Source: Vicugna vicugna
Taxonomy: Eukaryota
Length of the DNA: 64,000 nucleotides
Direction of reading: 5' to 3'
Assembly: GCA_013265495.1 (NCBI GenBank)
Contig: MU058039.1
Coordinates: 188,591-252,590, forward strand
This document shows positions 11,624-25,300 of this stretch, one piece after another; within the stretch, counting starts at the first letter, position 1; each line of letters starts with the position of its first letter. A program made the translations under genes and the position numbers. The notes under the pieces were generated by a model. It saw nothing but the letters and a program-made list of their open reading frames with translations. It did not search any database and had not been told where the DNA came from.

Positions 11624-13718
11624 CTTAAGCTACATTTTTGAATTGAGAATTTAATTTTTTGTTTTCCTAATAAATGCACTTAAGCTGTACATTTCCTTCT
11701 AGTACATAAGTTGTGTCCTACAGTTTTGGCATTTACTATTTTCATTGTTCTATTTTGTCCTATTCTGTTACAGTATTCATTTCCACGTGTTTTGTAACTC
11801 ATTTTAGGTGGTCCTCTTTAACTCAGAAGCTTTGGCTTATCTTTTTTTTTACTTCTTCCTAATGCTATTACATTGTGGTCAGAGGTTTGTATTAATTCTT
11901 TGGAACTGAATGAATCTTCTTTTGGCCTTATACGTAATCAGTTTTCTTAACTGTTACATGTATATTCTGTACATGTATTCTGAGCTTTTGAGTGTAAATT
12001 TCTCAACTATTAGTTCAAGGCATCAAACTATTGGATCTTTATCAATCTGGTAGGTGGGAAATTATATTCCAGTGTAGTTTTTATTTGCCTTTTTCTTATT
12101 ATGAATGAGTTTGAACTACTTTTCTGTGAACTATCTATATCTCCTGCTCAATATTCAATTGAAAAGTGACCTTTTACTCACATAGTAGGGAAATTAGCAC
12201 CTTATGATGTGATTTGCAAAAATTTTTTTCAGTGTACTATTTTTTTTTTAATTTGCTTACAGTCCTCTTTTGCCATGAAAAATTTATTTTTATGTTATCC
12301 AATTTACCACTATTTTCCTTTAAGACTTCTGAGTTTTGGTTCATATTTGAAAGGCCTTCTGCATCTTTAGACAATTTTAAACGTTTCCCAAGATTTCTCC
12401 TTTACTTTTGTGCTTTCATTTTTCCATATTTAAATTTTTTGTGTGTAAGAATCTAATTTTACCCCCATATGGCTACCCTATTTCTCAGCACCATTTACAG
12501 ATAGCACATCTTTTTCCACTTATTTTAATTGCTACCTTAGGCGTATACTAAATTACCAGATGTAGTGGGGTACATTTATATATTTCCTATTCTGTTGCAT
12601 TAACTTAATTTATTATCTCAAATTGTTTTTAGAGAGGGATTTTGACATCTCTGGCTAAAATTGTGAATTTGTCTATTTTTCTTTTTTGGTTCTATCAGTT
12701 TTTGTTTTATGTGTTTTGAAGCTCTTGTATTAAATGCATAAACATTTGGAATTGTTATGTACTCTTAGCCAATTTATCTCTGTATCATTACAAAATGACC
12801 TTCTTAGTCCCTTGTAATATTCATTGCTCCCAAACCTACTTTGTCTGATATTAATACCCCCAATCCAGTGCTCCTTTAATTAGTCTTAGCACAGCGTATC
12901 TTTTCTCAACCTTTTACTTTTAACTTATTTATGTCTTTCTATTTAAATGTATTTCTCATAAAGATCATACAACTGGATATTGTTTTTAAAATTCAGTCTG
13001 AAAAAATCTCTGCTTTTAATTGAGGTGATTAGACCATTCACATTTTTAAAATAATTTATTGAAGTGAAATTCACACAATATGAAATTGGCCATTTTTAAG
13101 TGAACAATTTAGTAGTATTTATTACATTCACAGTGTTGTGCAACCACCACATCTGTCTAGCAGACACTAATCTGCGTTCTATCTCTATGGATTTATCTGT
13201 TTGGGACATGTCATATACACGGAATGATACAGTGTGTGATCTTTTCTATTCAGCTTCTTTAGCATAATGTTTAACAGGTTCATCCATGTAAGCCTTATTT
13301 GTACTTCGGTTCTTTCTATGGTTGAATAATATTCCACTGTATGTATGTACCAAATTTGTTTATCTGTTACTACGAGGGTTGCGTGTATGAGCCATAATTG
13401 CTTGTTTGTGGGGGCCTACGCATGACCTGGTGTAGTGTGTTGCCATGTGTCTGTGATTAAGGCGAGGTTGTTGGGGCCTGTGTGATGCTGGGTCAGCCTG
13501 ATCAGCTGTCTGTCATCAATGTGTAGTGTGGGCCAATGGACGGTTAAAAGTCACAAGGAGCTGATATCCTTGACCTGAAGTTTGGGGACTCCCTGGACAG
13601 GATCCCAGAGGTCCTTTAACTCTCAGAAGTTGTGGTTATGCAGTTGCATACTGGGGCCTAGGTGTAGTTTTCTAGGGGTCAGAGAAAAAATTTGACTTAG
13701 ATTCCCAAAGAAATAACC

Positions 13719-14058
13719 CATCTTAGCTCAGGCAGGTATAATAAAATACCACAAACTGGGTGGCTTAGACAACAAACATTTTTCACAGTTCTGAAGGTTG
13801 GACATCAGATCAGGGTGCTAGGTAGCATGGTTGAGTTCTGGTGAGAATCTCTACTGAGTTACAGACTGGCAACTTCTTGTATCCTCACCTGGCCCAGAGA
13901 GACCGCCGTGGTCCCTTTGTTGCTGTCATCCCATTTACGAGATCTTTATCCTCATGACCTAATTTTTCTCCCAAAGGCGCCACCTCCAAATACCATCATT
14001 TTGGGGATGAGATTTCAAGATAGAAATTTTGGAAGGCACAAACATTCAGTCTGTAACA
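13719..14058 (-). mobile_element. MaLR solo LTR (MLT1A-like)
   Basis: ATAAAATACCACAAACTGGGTGGCTTA ... CACAGTTCTG ... AAACATTCAGTCTGTAACA. Confidence 0.8.
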
Positions 14059-14499
14059 ACAACTGAAGTGTCAAGAACCCGTGGACTAGAATCTCAAGAT
14101 TGTAAGAACTGGCCAGGGTGTGTGCAATAATCTTGTCCTAAATCATGCCCTACAGTGAATGGATAGCTGAGTAATTTATGGTTTGTGTGTATCACAGAAC
14201 TTTGTACAACCATGAATTGTATTTGATTATTCAAAAATTAGTTACAGTGAAATACACAGTGGGTATTAGACGATGTTAAGGACTTACTGTTAGTTTCATT
14301 AGGTGTGGTGCCATTTTGTTAAGTGAATTATTTAGAGCTGAAGTGTCATCATATCTAATTTAAAGCAGTTAGCAAAGTATACGTTAATCAAGGCACTCTG
14401 TAAACAATCATTAAACACAGGTGTTGAGTGTGTGCTTGTTTATTGTTCTCCTTTGTATATTTGAAAAGTTACATAACATTTTTAAAAAGCATAGTTTTT

Positions 14500-15650
14500 A
14501 AAAAAAAGACTTTGTATTTTGGAGCAGTTTTAGGTTTACAAGAAAATTAAGAGGAAGATACAGATTTTTCCTTTTATACCTCCTACCCCTACACATGCAT
14601 AGCTTCTCCCATTATCAGCATCACCCACCAGAGTGGTACATTTGTTCCAGTTGATAAACCTACACTGACACATCATAATTACCCAAAGTCTATAGTTTAC
14701 ATTAGGGCTCACTCTTTGTGTTGTACAGTGTATGGGTTTGGACAAATGTATGATGATATGTATCCATCATTATAGTATCTATCATACAGAGTATTTTTGC
14801 TGCCATAAAAATCCTCTGTGATCCTCCTATTCATCTCTTCCCCTACCCTCATCTCAGGAAATCACTGATCTTTTTACTGTCTCTTTAGTTTTGCCTTTTC
14901 CAGAATGTCTCATGGTTGGAATCATACAGTGTGTGGCTTTTTTCAGATTGGCTTCCTTCACTTACTGCTATGCAGCTAAACTTTCCTCCATGTCTTTTCA
15001 TGGCATAGTAGCTCATTTCTTTTTAGCACTGAATAGTATTACATTGTCTGAATGTACCAGTTTATCTAGTCACCTACTGAAGGACATCTTGGTTGCTTCC
15101 AAGTTTTGGCAGTTGTGAATAAAGCTGCTATAAACATCCATGTGCACATATTTTAGTGTGTGTGGACATAAGTTTTCAACTCATTTGGGTAAATACCAAG
15201 GAGTGATTGTTGGATCAAATGGTAAGAGCATGCATAGTTTTGTAAGAAAGTGGCAAACTGTCTTCCAAACTGGCTGTTCCACTTTGCATTCCCACCAACA
15301 ATGAATGAGAGTTCCTGTTGTTCCACATCCTTGCCAGCATTTGGTGGTGTCAGTGTTACAGATTTTTAGCTATTCTAAAAGGGGTGTGTAGTGGTATCAC
15401 ATTGTTGCCTTAATTTGCACTTCCCTGATGACGTGATGTTGAGCATCTCTTCATACGCTTATTTACTGTCTGTGTTACCTTTTTTGGTGAGGTGTCTGTT
15501 CAGGTCTTTGGCCCATTTTTTAATCAGATTGTTTGTCTTCTTATGGTTGAGTTTTAAGAGTCTTTGTATATTTTGGATAACTCCTTTATCAGATATGCCT
15601 TTTGCAAATATTTTCTGCTAGCTTGCAGCTTGTCTTCTCATTCTCTTGAC
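14500..15650 (-). mobile_element. Old L1 (L1MB/MC-like): 3' UTR plus ORF2 C-terminal region
   Basis: GAGCAGTTTTAGGTTTACA, TTTGCATTCCCACCAACAATGAATGAGAGTTCC and TTTGCAAATATTTTCT. Confidence 0.85.
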
Positions 15651-15879
15651 GTAAGTTTTTCCCCATTTTTTGAAATCACTTATTGAAAATAAATAAATAA
15701 ATAGTATCATTAGGGAAAATATTAGATAAAATAGTGATGAACCAGAATACTCCAGAAATTACTAGTTAGTATTTATGGGGAAAAATACAAATAGTTTAAA
15801 AGATCTTATAAAATAAATATATGTACTGTAACACAATATTGCCCATCATCCAGTTCTACCAGGATTCTGTGATTAGCTA

Positions 15880-16317
15880 CTGCAGTTGCTGACTGACAGT
15901 ACACCCTGGAAAGACTTCAGGACAAAAGACAAGATAAGGCACCAGCTCTGGAGCCGTTGGGGGCCTTCTCTGATCCCCAGATGGGTCACCAAAATGTTGA
16001 CCTAAAACAAATAGACTGCCCGATATTTCTCCACCAAAGATGGGTTTATTCAGGATCAGCAGAGAATTGCAGTTTGGGTGTGCAGCCATGGTGAGCCGTG
16101 TGCAAGTCCCCCCGATGGAGACGGAAGAACACTTTCACAGAGGAGAAAGGAAGTCGGGAGGGCTGTAGTAAATGAAGAGTCCAGGTCTTTTCACTGGCTG
16201 GGCCCTTGACAGGAAGTCTTTCTTCCTGTTGGGCTCTGTCGTTGCAGGATGTGAGCACTCCCCCTTCTGGTCTCCTGACTTTATTTAATTGAAGTTTCTG
16301 TTTATTAATTTCTTACA
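15880..16317 (-). mobile_element. ERV 5' LTR (15995-16317) with a tRNA-Ile-like primer-binding site and a short leader remnant
   Basis: On the - strand: TGTAAGAA...AATAAA...GGTCAACA, then TTTTGGTGACCCATCTGGGGATC. The PBS matches the complement of the recalled tRNA-Ile(AAT) 3' end at 16/20. Confidence 0.75.
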
Positions 16318-16570
16318 TGTTTTTGCCTCAGAACCAGCCTCTGTACCCCGAAAATGGATTGAGACTTGGAGGCAGAGTTTTGGGAAGAGTAGAAAAGAAT
16401 AGCTTTATTGCTCTGCCAGGCAAAGGGGAGTCATAGCAGGCTCATGCCTTAGAGACTGTGAATCCATCTTGGAGTTGGGGTCTTGAAGTTTTATAGAAAA
16501 AAACTGGATGGAACAGAAAAGGTGATAACAATTAGGGTGCTTCACAGGGTGTTGCTACATTCCCCTTAAC
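16318..16570 (-). mobile_element. Second ERV1-type LTR 3' fragment abutting the first
   Basis: CAGAGTTTTGGGAAGAGTAGAAAAGAATAGCTTTATTGCTCTGCCAGGCAAAGGGG, an LTR poly(A)-signal region on the - strand that resembles recalled cetartiodactyl LTRs. Confidence 0.55.
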
Positions 16571-17979
16571 TTCGATGATCTTTCTGGCTTCATGGGAGTA
16601 TTTTCCATTCTTCTGAGATTATAGGCCCATTACCTATGTTCTACAAAACACTAGAACACAGTTCTGCCAAGTTCTCTGTCACTTTCTAATGAGAATCATC
16701 TTTCTTGCAGTTTCCAAGAGTATATTCATAACTTCCATCTGAGAGCTCACTAGGACCACCTTTAATGTCCACATTTCTATCAACAGTGCAATCTAGGCTT
16801 TTTCATATATGCACCTCAGAACTCTTCAGCCTTTACCCATGGCCCAGTTCCAAGCCACTTTCACATTTTTGGAGGGTAATTGTTACTGCAGCATTCCCAC
16901 TTTGTGGTGTCATAATGTCTACAACAGTCACTTTCCAGCTTAAATCTATTATTGTTTCCCATTATCCACTGGATAATGCCTGCACTTGTCTACAAAATAC
17001 CAAATGCTTCATCTGGCCTCTGGTTGCCTAAACTTGTCTTTCTGGACTCTGATTTTGTTGCAGTCTGCATAATCCCCATTCATTCTGCCACCTCTATGAC
17101 ATTGCACATGAGGTTCTCTTTACCTAAAATTCAAATATCTGCTACTGTATTTCCAGTTTTAAATGGGATTTATTTAAATCTGCTATATCCATTCAGGGAA
17201 GGCTTCATGCCCTCCCCAGAACTAGGTCAAATATTTTCTTCTGCTCTCCCAGAGACTTCTGTTGTTTAAAATACACTTATCAGAGTGACCTTTTCCATTT
17301 AAAATAATTTCTTTAAAATTATACACACTGTTTGTAACATCCTAAAACATACACAGATGTAATTTTATTACAATTATTTTTATGCAACTTTTACTCAATT
17401 CCCTCAATTCTCTGTCTCATCCCTTCAACCTCACTGTGTCCTCAAGTATCTTCTTCTAAAAAATAAAACACAAATGTTATTTATTGTTGCTTTTGCTTTA
17501 AATTTCCATAAGCAACATGGAACAGTAGGCTTTTAAAAACTTTTTTCACTCAGCAAAAACTATGTCTGGTTCTTTTATTTGCACTGCTCCAAAATATTCC
17601 ACCTGATTTTATTTGGCTGTTCCTTGAATGATGAATACTAGATTGCCTCCAATCCCACCAACAAACTCCATCCCTCCAACAACATAACAAACAAGGCTGT
17701 GATTAAAATTCTTACATGTATCTCTTATGGAAATTTGAATTTTTCTGAGGTATATACCCAGAAATGGGATTGCTGTATCATAGGGTCCACTTATATTTAA
17801 TTTGACCAAGAACTGCCAAGCCACTGTCCACAATAGCTGTATATTCCTGCCAGTAGTGTCTAAGAGTTCCTTTCTCTCCACACTACCAAACACTTGGCAT
17901 TATCCAGCTTTCTAACTTTCTACAATCAGATATGTATAAACTGGTATCCTGTTTAAATTTTAAGTTAAGATTTGATGTA

Positions 17980-19693
17980 ACTGTGCAGAGACACACCCGG
18001 GCGCCTAGGGTACATTCTAGGTAGGACCATGGAGACAACTGTCAGTGCACGCGTTGAGGAGCTACATGGCTAGCTGGGCAGACACTGTCAGTGCACACGC
18101 TGGGTGGAACAACAAGAATGCACAGTGGCTAAGTGCTGACTCCTCGGCAGAAAAGGTCCTAGGTGAGGACTCACTCTAGCTACACGGGTACAGACAGCCC
18201 AGAGGGCCTGTGGTGTGTGATCCAAGGGGAGCCACAGAGCCCACTGTCAGTGTGTGCTTGGCAGCAGTAACTCCAGCTGCAGAGCCCACTGTCAGTGAGC
18301 ACATGGGGGCAGCAGGTCCAGCCATGGCAGGCAACAGCATGCTCACTAAGCAGTGCCACAACAATGCACAGCAGCTAAAAGCTGAAATGTGGGCACAGGC
18401 CCTGGGTAGGAGTACTCGGGGGTTTGTTTCACAGTGATGGCACCCTGGCTCCACCCACTCCACACCAGAGCTTAGTGCCAGATCTGGGGCGCACAGGTCA
18501 TGAGGAAGTCTGCCGCAGAGGGAGACCCGATCCCAGGCAGCAGCACAGCCACTTCAATTCCTGAAACCACCTCATCCCAACTTCCAGCCCCAGTCTATTC
18601 CACATGTGGTTCGATAATCACCTCCTCTGGGGCAGGGCATGCATTCAAGGGCAATGGAACCTGACAGACCTTGACCTCAGGGCTTCTACTTCCAACTAGG
18701 GAGCAGACCCCATGCCCGAAGGGGTGATGACAGCCACAGAACAAAGAGACTCTCATCCAGCACAGGCCCTAGACACAACACCAACCATGCCCCCTATCAA
18801 GGGGATAACAGCTAGCAAACTCTAGGGAAAGACGTGGCTGGTATCCACAGCAAAAACAGCCCTTGCCCCCAGAATACTGGACAGACACAGTCTACACAGG
18901 CATGCTCCCATGTAAAAACACTTTCAAGACCACAGTAGATAACTGTTTCTCCTAAATTGACAGAGACAGGGTAAAGTTAAATGAAAATACAGAGGAATTA
19001 CTCCTAATTAAAAGAACAAGAGAAAATCCCCTCAAAGAACAAATAGTGAAAGACTTCATCAGTATAACAGACCCCAGATTAAAAAAGGAGGTAATAGAAA
19101 TGCTAAAGGAATTAAGAGACTATCAATAAAAATGCAGGTCACTAACAAGGAACTAAAACTATAAAGATGAATGGATCAAAAATAGACAATTCAATTGCCA
19201 AGATAAAGACCAGCCTAGAAGGAATGAATAGCAGACTAAATGACACAGGAGAATGATTATGTGATTTGGAAGACAGAATAATGGAAATCACTCAATCAGT
19301 ACAGCAGACAAGAAGACAAATGAAAAAAAAAAAAGTAACATACAAGATCTATGGGATCATATAAAACAGGGCCACCTACATATAATAAGGGTTCAAAAGG
19401 AGATGAGAGGAAAGGGGACTGAAAATGTATCTGAAGAAATTATTGCTGGTAACTTCCTAAGCCTAAATAAGGGAAAAGATATACAGCTACAGTAAGCAAA
19501 GAGGGTCCCAAACAAGGTGAGCCCAGACAGACCCACACCAGATGGCTTTACTGGAGAATTCTATCAAACATACAGAGAACTTATACCTATCCTGATAAAA
19601 CTATCCCAAAACATTGGAGAGGAGGGAACACTCCCAAGTTCATTCTATGAAGCCCTGGTACCATCACTCTGATACCCAAACTGGACAAAGCCA

Positions 19694-19725
<32 letters not shown>

Positions 19726-22325
19726 AAAAAAAAAGGGTAAATTACAGGCTAATATCTTTGAGCAATACAGAGGCAAAAATCCTCAACAAAATATTAGCAA
19801 ACCAAATCCAACAACACATAAGAAGGATCATACATGAATAAGTTGGATTCATTCCACAGTTGCAAGGATAGTTCAACATCTGCAAATCAATATGATACAC
19901 CTTAACAAAAAGACAAAAACCACATGATCATCTTAATTAATAGATGCAGAAAAAGCATCAGACAAAATTCAACATCAATTCATGATTTAAGGAAAAACTC
20001 TCACTAAAGTGGGTTAGAGGTAACATACCTTAACATAATAAAAACCACTTATGACAAACCCACAGCCAACATAATATTCAAGAGTGAAAACCTGAAAGCC
20101 TTCCTTCTAATTTCAGGAACAAGACAAGGATGCCAACTCTCACCACTTCTATTCAACATAGTATTGGAAGTCCTGGCCACAGCAATCAGACAAGAAAAAG
20201 GAACAAATAAAAGACATCCAAATTAGAAGGGAAGAGGTAAAACTGTCATTATTTGCAGATGACATGATACTCTACAGAATCCTAAGGACTCCATACAAAA
20301 ACTATTAGGACTAATAAATGAATTTAGCAAGTTACCAGGACTCAAGATTAATACATAGAAATCTGTTGCATTTATTTATCCTAACAATGAAATACCAGAA
20401 AGAGAATGTAAAAAAATTTTTAATCACATAAAAAAATTAGGAATTAAAAAAAAGTTAGGAATAAACTTAACCAAGGTAAAAGGCCTATACATGGAAAAAC
20501 TACAAAGCATTAATAAACAAAATTAAACATGATTTAATGAAATGGAAAGATATACAATGCTCTTGGATTGAAAGAATATTGTTAAAATGGCCATACTACC
20601 CAAAGCAATCTACAGATTTAATGCAATACCTATCAAAATACCCATGACATTTTTCACAGACATACAACAAATAATTCTAACATTTATATGGAACTGCAAA
20701 AGACCCAGAACTGTCAAAGCAATCCTGAAGTAAGAACAAAGCTGGAAGCATAACACATTAGACACCAGACAATACTAGGAAGCTACAGTAATCAAAATAG
20801 CATGGAATTGGCACAAGTAAAACAGACATATAGACCAATGGAACATAATGGAGAGCCCAGAAATACACACACACACACACACACACAAGCAGTTAGTCTA
20901 CAGCAAGAATATACAATGGAGAAAAGACAGTGTTTTCAACAAATGGTGCTGGGAATATTGGACAGCTACACATAAATCAATAAAATTACAAGTCTCTCAA
21001 ATCATATGCTCAAAATTGTTTATAAAGACCTACATTTGGAGAAAGTCCCCAGACCTCTGGCAGAGTGCCGCATGCACATGCACGTGGACCCCCCCCCCCG
21101 CTTCCAGGGTTAAAGACCTACATTTAACACATGATGTAATAAAACTCCTAGAAGAAAACATAGGCAAAGCATTCTTGGACATAAGTTGTAGCAATATTTT
21201 CTTAGATCAGTCTCCAAAGGCAAAAGAAATAAAGCAAAAATAAACAAATGGGACCTAGTCAAACTTAAAAGCTTTTGCACAGCAAAGGAAAGCAACAAAA
21301 TAAAAAACATACGGAGTGGTAGAAAAGATTTTTAAATGATGCAGCTGACAAGGGGTTAATATCCAAAATATACAAACAGCTCATGCAACTCAATAACAAC
21401 AAAAATAAACAATCAAAAAATGGGCAGGATACCTAAATAGACATTGTCCCAAAGTAGACATACAGATGGCCAACAGGCACATGAAAGATGCTCAACATCA
21501 TTAATTATTAGAAAAATGCAAATCAAAACCACAATGAAGTATTACCTCACACCATTCAGAAATGGCTATCTTCAAAAGTGTACAAATAATAAATACTGGA
21601 GAGGGCTTGGAGAAAAGGGAACCCTCCTACACTGGTGGTGGGATGTAAATTGGTGCAATCACTATGGAACAGGATGGAAGTTCCTATTAAAACTAAAAAC
21701 AGAGCTACCATATAAGCAGGCCATCCCACTCCTGGGTACATATCTGGAAAAGATGAAAACTCTAATTCCAAAAGATACATGTGCCCCAATGTTCACAGCA
21801 GCTCTATTTACAACAGCAAAGACAGGGAGACAATCCAAATGCCCATCAACCAACAGTTGGCTTAAGAAAATGTGGTATATATATATACACAATGGAATAT
21901 TAGTCATAAGAATGAAATGTTGCTATCTGCAACAACATGGATAACATAAAGAATATTAAACTTTAATATTATACTTTAAGTCAGACAGAGAAGACAAATA
22001 GTATATGGTATCAGTTGTATGTGGAATCTAAAAAATAATGCAAATGGATCTACATACAAAAAAGAAAACATACAGAAAACAAATTTATGATTACCATTGG
22101 AAAAAGGGAAGGGGGAGGGATATATTAGGAGTATGGGATTAATATATACAAGCTACTATACATAAAATAGATAAGCAACAAGGACTTACTGTATAGCAGA
22201 GGAAATTAATTCAATATTTTATAATAAAGTATAATGGAAAATAATCTGAAAAATGTGTAACTGAACCACTTTGCTATACACCTGAAAGTAGCACAAATTG
22301 TAAATCGCTATACTTCAATTAAAAA
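17980..22325 (+). mobile_element. Lineage L1 with GC-rich 5' UTR, partial ORF1, internal deletion, RT/C-terminal ORF2 and 3' UTR; inactive
   Basis: ORF1-like sequence at ~18980-19540. RT motif TTTGCAGATGACATGAT (FADD) at ~20252. ORF fragments 20848-21243 and 21444-21944 are ORF2-like. Ends TACTTCAATTAAAAA. Many stops and frameshifts. Confidence 0.92.
21038..21110. other. 73-bp GC-rich tailless insertion with a perfect 15-bp TSD
   Basis: TAAAGACCTACATTT at 21023-21037 and 21111-21125 flanks non-L1 sequence inside L1 ORF2. Confidence 0.85.
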
Positions 22326-22389
22326 GTTATAAAGAGTTAGTCGTAATCTTCAATGATATCAAAATATCCCTATGGAACTAAAAAAAAAA

Positions 22390-25300
22390 AAGACATCTGG
22401 AGTAGATATCTTAATACACAAATGAGTTTTAGGTCTAAATTGTTACGAGACAAAGAGGAAATTAAATATTGGTAAAAGTGTCAGTTCATCAAGAAGATAA
22501 ACATATTTGCACCAAACAGCAGAGACTCAAAAGTAAACAGTGACAGAATTGTTGGGAAAACCAGTTGTACAATAGTTGGTGACTTAAACACCTAATTTTC
22601 AATAGTGGGTAGAATATCCAGACAGAATACCAGTAATTAACTGGAGGACTTGAACAACACTAAAAACCAACTAGCCCTAACAGACATATCTGGAACATTC
22701 CACCCAACAACAGCATACACACATTGATCTCAAGTGCACGTGGTACATACTCAAGGACAGACCATAAAACAATTCTGAAACAACTGAAAGCATACAAAGT
22801 AGCTTCTGTTACTAAAGTGGAGTAAGGTTAGAAGTCAATATTAGAAGGAAAATGGAAAATTTTTAAAATATGTGGGAGTTAGACAATATATTAAACAACC
22901 AGTTGGTCAAAGGAGAAATCACTGGGTAAATTAGAAAATACTTTGAGATGAAGAAAAATAAAAACATAACATACCAAAGCTTATGAGAGGCCATTAAAGC
23001 AGTTCTCAGAGGGAAATTTATAGCTGTAAATGCCTACATTGAAAAAGAAGAAAATCTCAAATATGTAAAATCTCTAACTTTACATCTTAAGGAACTAGAA
23101 AAAGTGGAGCAAATTAAATCCAAAGGTAGCAGATGGAAGAAAATAGACAAAGCAGAAATAAACTATAAAAGAAATTTTTCAAAAAAAGAATGAAACCTAA
23201 CAAAATGAAACCAAGTTAGCTCTTTGACAAGATCAACATAACTGACAAATGTTCTGATAAAGTGTTTAAGAAAAAAAGAGAAAATGCAAAGTCAGACATA
23301 AAAGTGAGGACATTACAAACCTTACAGAAATTAAAAGGATTATAAGAGAATACTACAAATAATTGTACACCTACAAGTTAAATGATCTAGATTAAATGTA
23401 CAAATCTCTAGAAACATACAAATTACTAAAACTGACTCAGTAAGAAATCACAACAGACCTGTAACAACTGAAGAGTCTGAATCAGTAGTTCAATACCTCC
23501 AAAAAAGAAGAGTCGAGGACTAGATGTGAAGGCTTCACTAATGAATTCAAATTTTTAAAGAAGGATTAACAGCAATCTTATTCAAACTCTTTCAAAAAAC
23601 AGAAGAGAGAATACTTCCTAACACATTCCATGAGGCCAGCATTATCCTGATACCAAAGCCAGACAAAAATGCCACTAGAAATGAAAACTACAAATATCTC
23701 TCATGGATATAGATACAAAAATCCTCAACAAAATATTAGCAAGCCAAATCCAACAGTACACTAAAAGGATTATACAGCATGACCACGTGGATTTATCCTA
23801 GGAATATAAGGGTGGTTCAAGATAAGAAAATAAATCAAGTTAATACACTACATTAATAAAACAAAGGCAGAAAAGCCCAACATGATCATTTCAACTGAAA
23901 AGGCACTTGAAAAAGTAAAACACCCTTTCTGGATAAAAGTGGTCAGTGAACTAGGAATTGAAGCGAATTTCTGTAACATGATAAAGTATATTTATGGAAA
24001 ACCCACAACTAGCATCATCCCCAATGGTGAAAGTTTGAAACCTTTTTCCTTAATATTAAGAACAAAACAAGAATGTATGATTTCACGACTGGTACTCAAC
24101 ATTGTACTGGAAGTCCTGGCCAGAGGAATTAATTTAATAAAAGGCATCCACATTGTTAAGGAAGAATTAAAGCTATCTCTATTTGCGATAACATGATTTC
24201 ATATAGATAGAAAATCCTAAAATATCCATGGCGGGGGGGGGACCCTTGAGTAAATAAACAAATTTAGTAAAATTAAAGGGTACAGGATCAGCACACAAAA
24301 ATTAGTTGTGTTTCTATACACCAGCAATTAACAATCCAAAAAGGAACTAAGAACATTCTATTTATAATAGCATCCAAAAGAATAAAATACCTAAGAATAA
24401 ATTTAACCGAGGGAACGAAAGACGTATACACTGAAAACTATAAAACATTGCTGAACAAAATTAAAGACATAATTAAATGGAAAGACATCCAATTTTCATT
24501 GATTTGAAAATGTAGTAGTGTTACATTAGTCTATTGGGCTGCCATAACAAATTACTGTAACTGGATGGCTTAAACTACAGAAATTTATTTCTCACAGTTC
24601 TGGAGCCTGGATATTCAAAATCATCATGTTGGCAGATTTGATTTCTCCTGAGGCCTCTCTCCTTGACCTGTAGGTGGCCATTTTGTTACTGTGTCCTGAC
24701 ATGGTCTTTTCTCTGGATGTGCACACTCCTGTTGTTTCTTCCTCTTAAAAACAATTCCTGTTGGATTAGGGTCCCACCCTTGTTGCATCATTTAATTTTA
24801 ATTGACTCCTCAAAGATGCTGTCTCCAAATACAATCACATTGTGGGTTAGGGTTCAACATACAAGTTTTGGGGACACAGTTCAGTCCATAACACCTAGTA
24901 AGATGGCAGCACTCCCCAAAGCAATCTTCAGATTCAATGCAATCCTATCAAAATTCTAATAGCCTTTTTTTTTTTCCCAGATTGGAAAAGCTGATTCTCA
25001 AATTTCATATGAAATTACAAGGGGCCCCAAACAGTCAAAACACCATTGAAAAACAAAGTTGGAAGACACACTTCCCAATTTCAAAATTTACTTTAAAGCT
25101 AGCAATCAAAAAAGTGTGGTACTTACATAAGAGTAAACATACGGATCAATGGGATAGAGTTGAGAGTCCAGAAATAAACCCAATCATCTACAGCCAACTG
25201 ATTTTTCGCAAGGGTGCCAACAAATTCAATGGGGAACAAATAGTTTCTTCCAGAAATGGAGCTGGGACCACTGGTTAACTGCATGTACAAGAATGAAGGT

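Noticed and set aside
19693..19734. 42-nt A tract as an element end
   Set aside because: L1 ORF2 continues colinearly on both sides; it is an expansion of an internal A run.
20848..25278. ORF2-like ORFs as an active retrotransposon
   Set aside because: Fragmented by stops, frameshifts, deletions and nested insertions.
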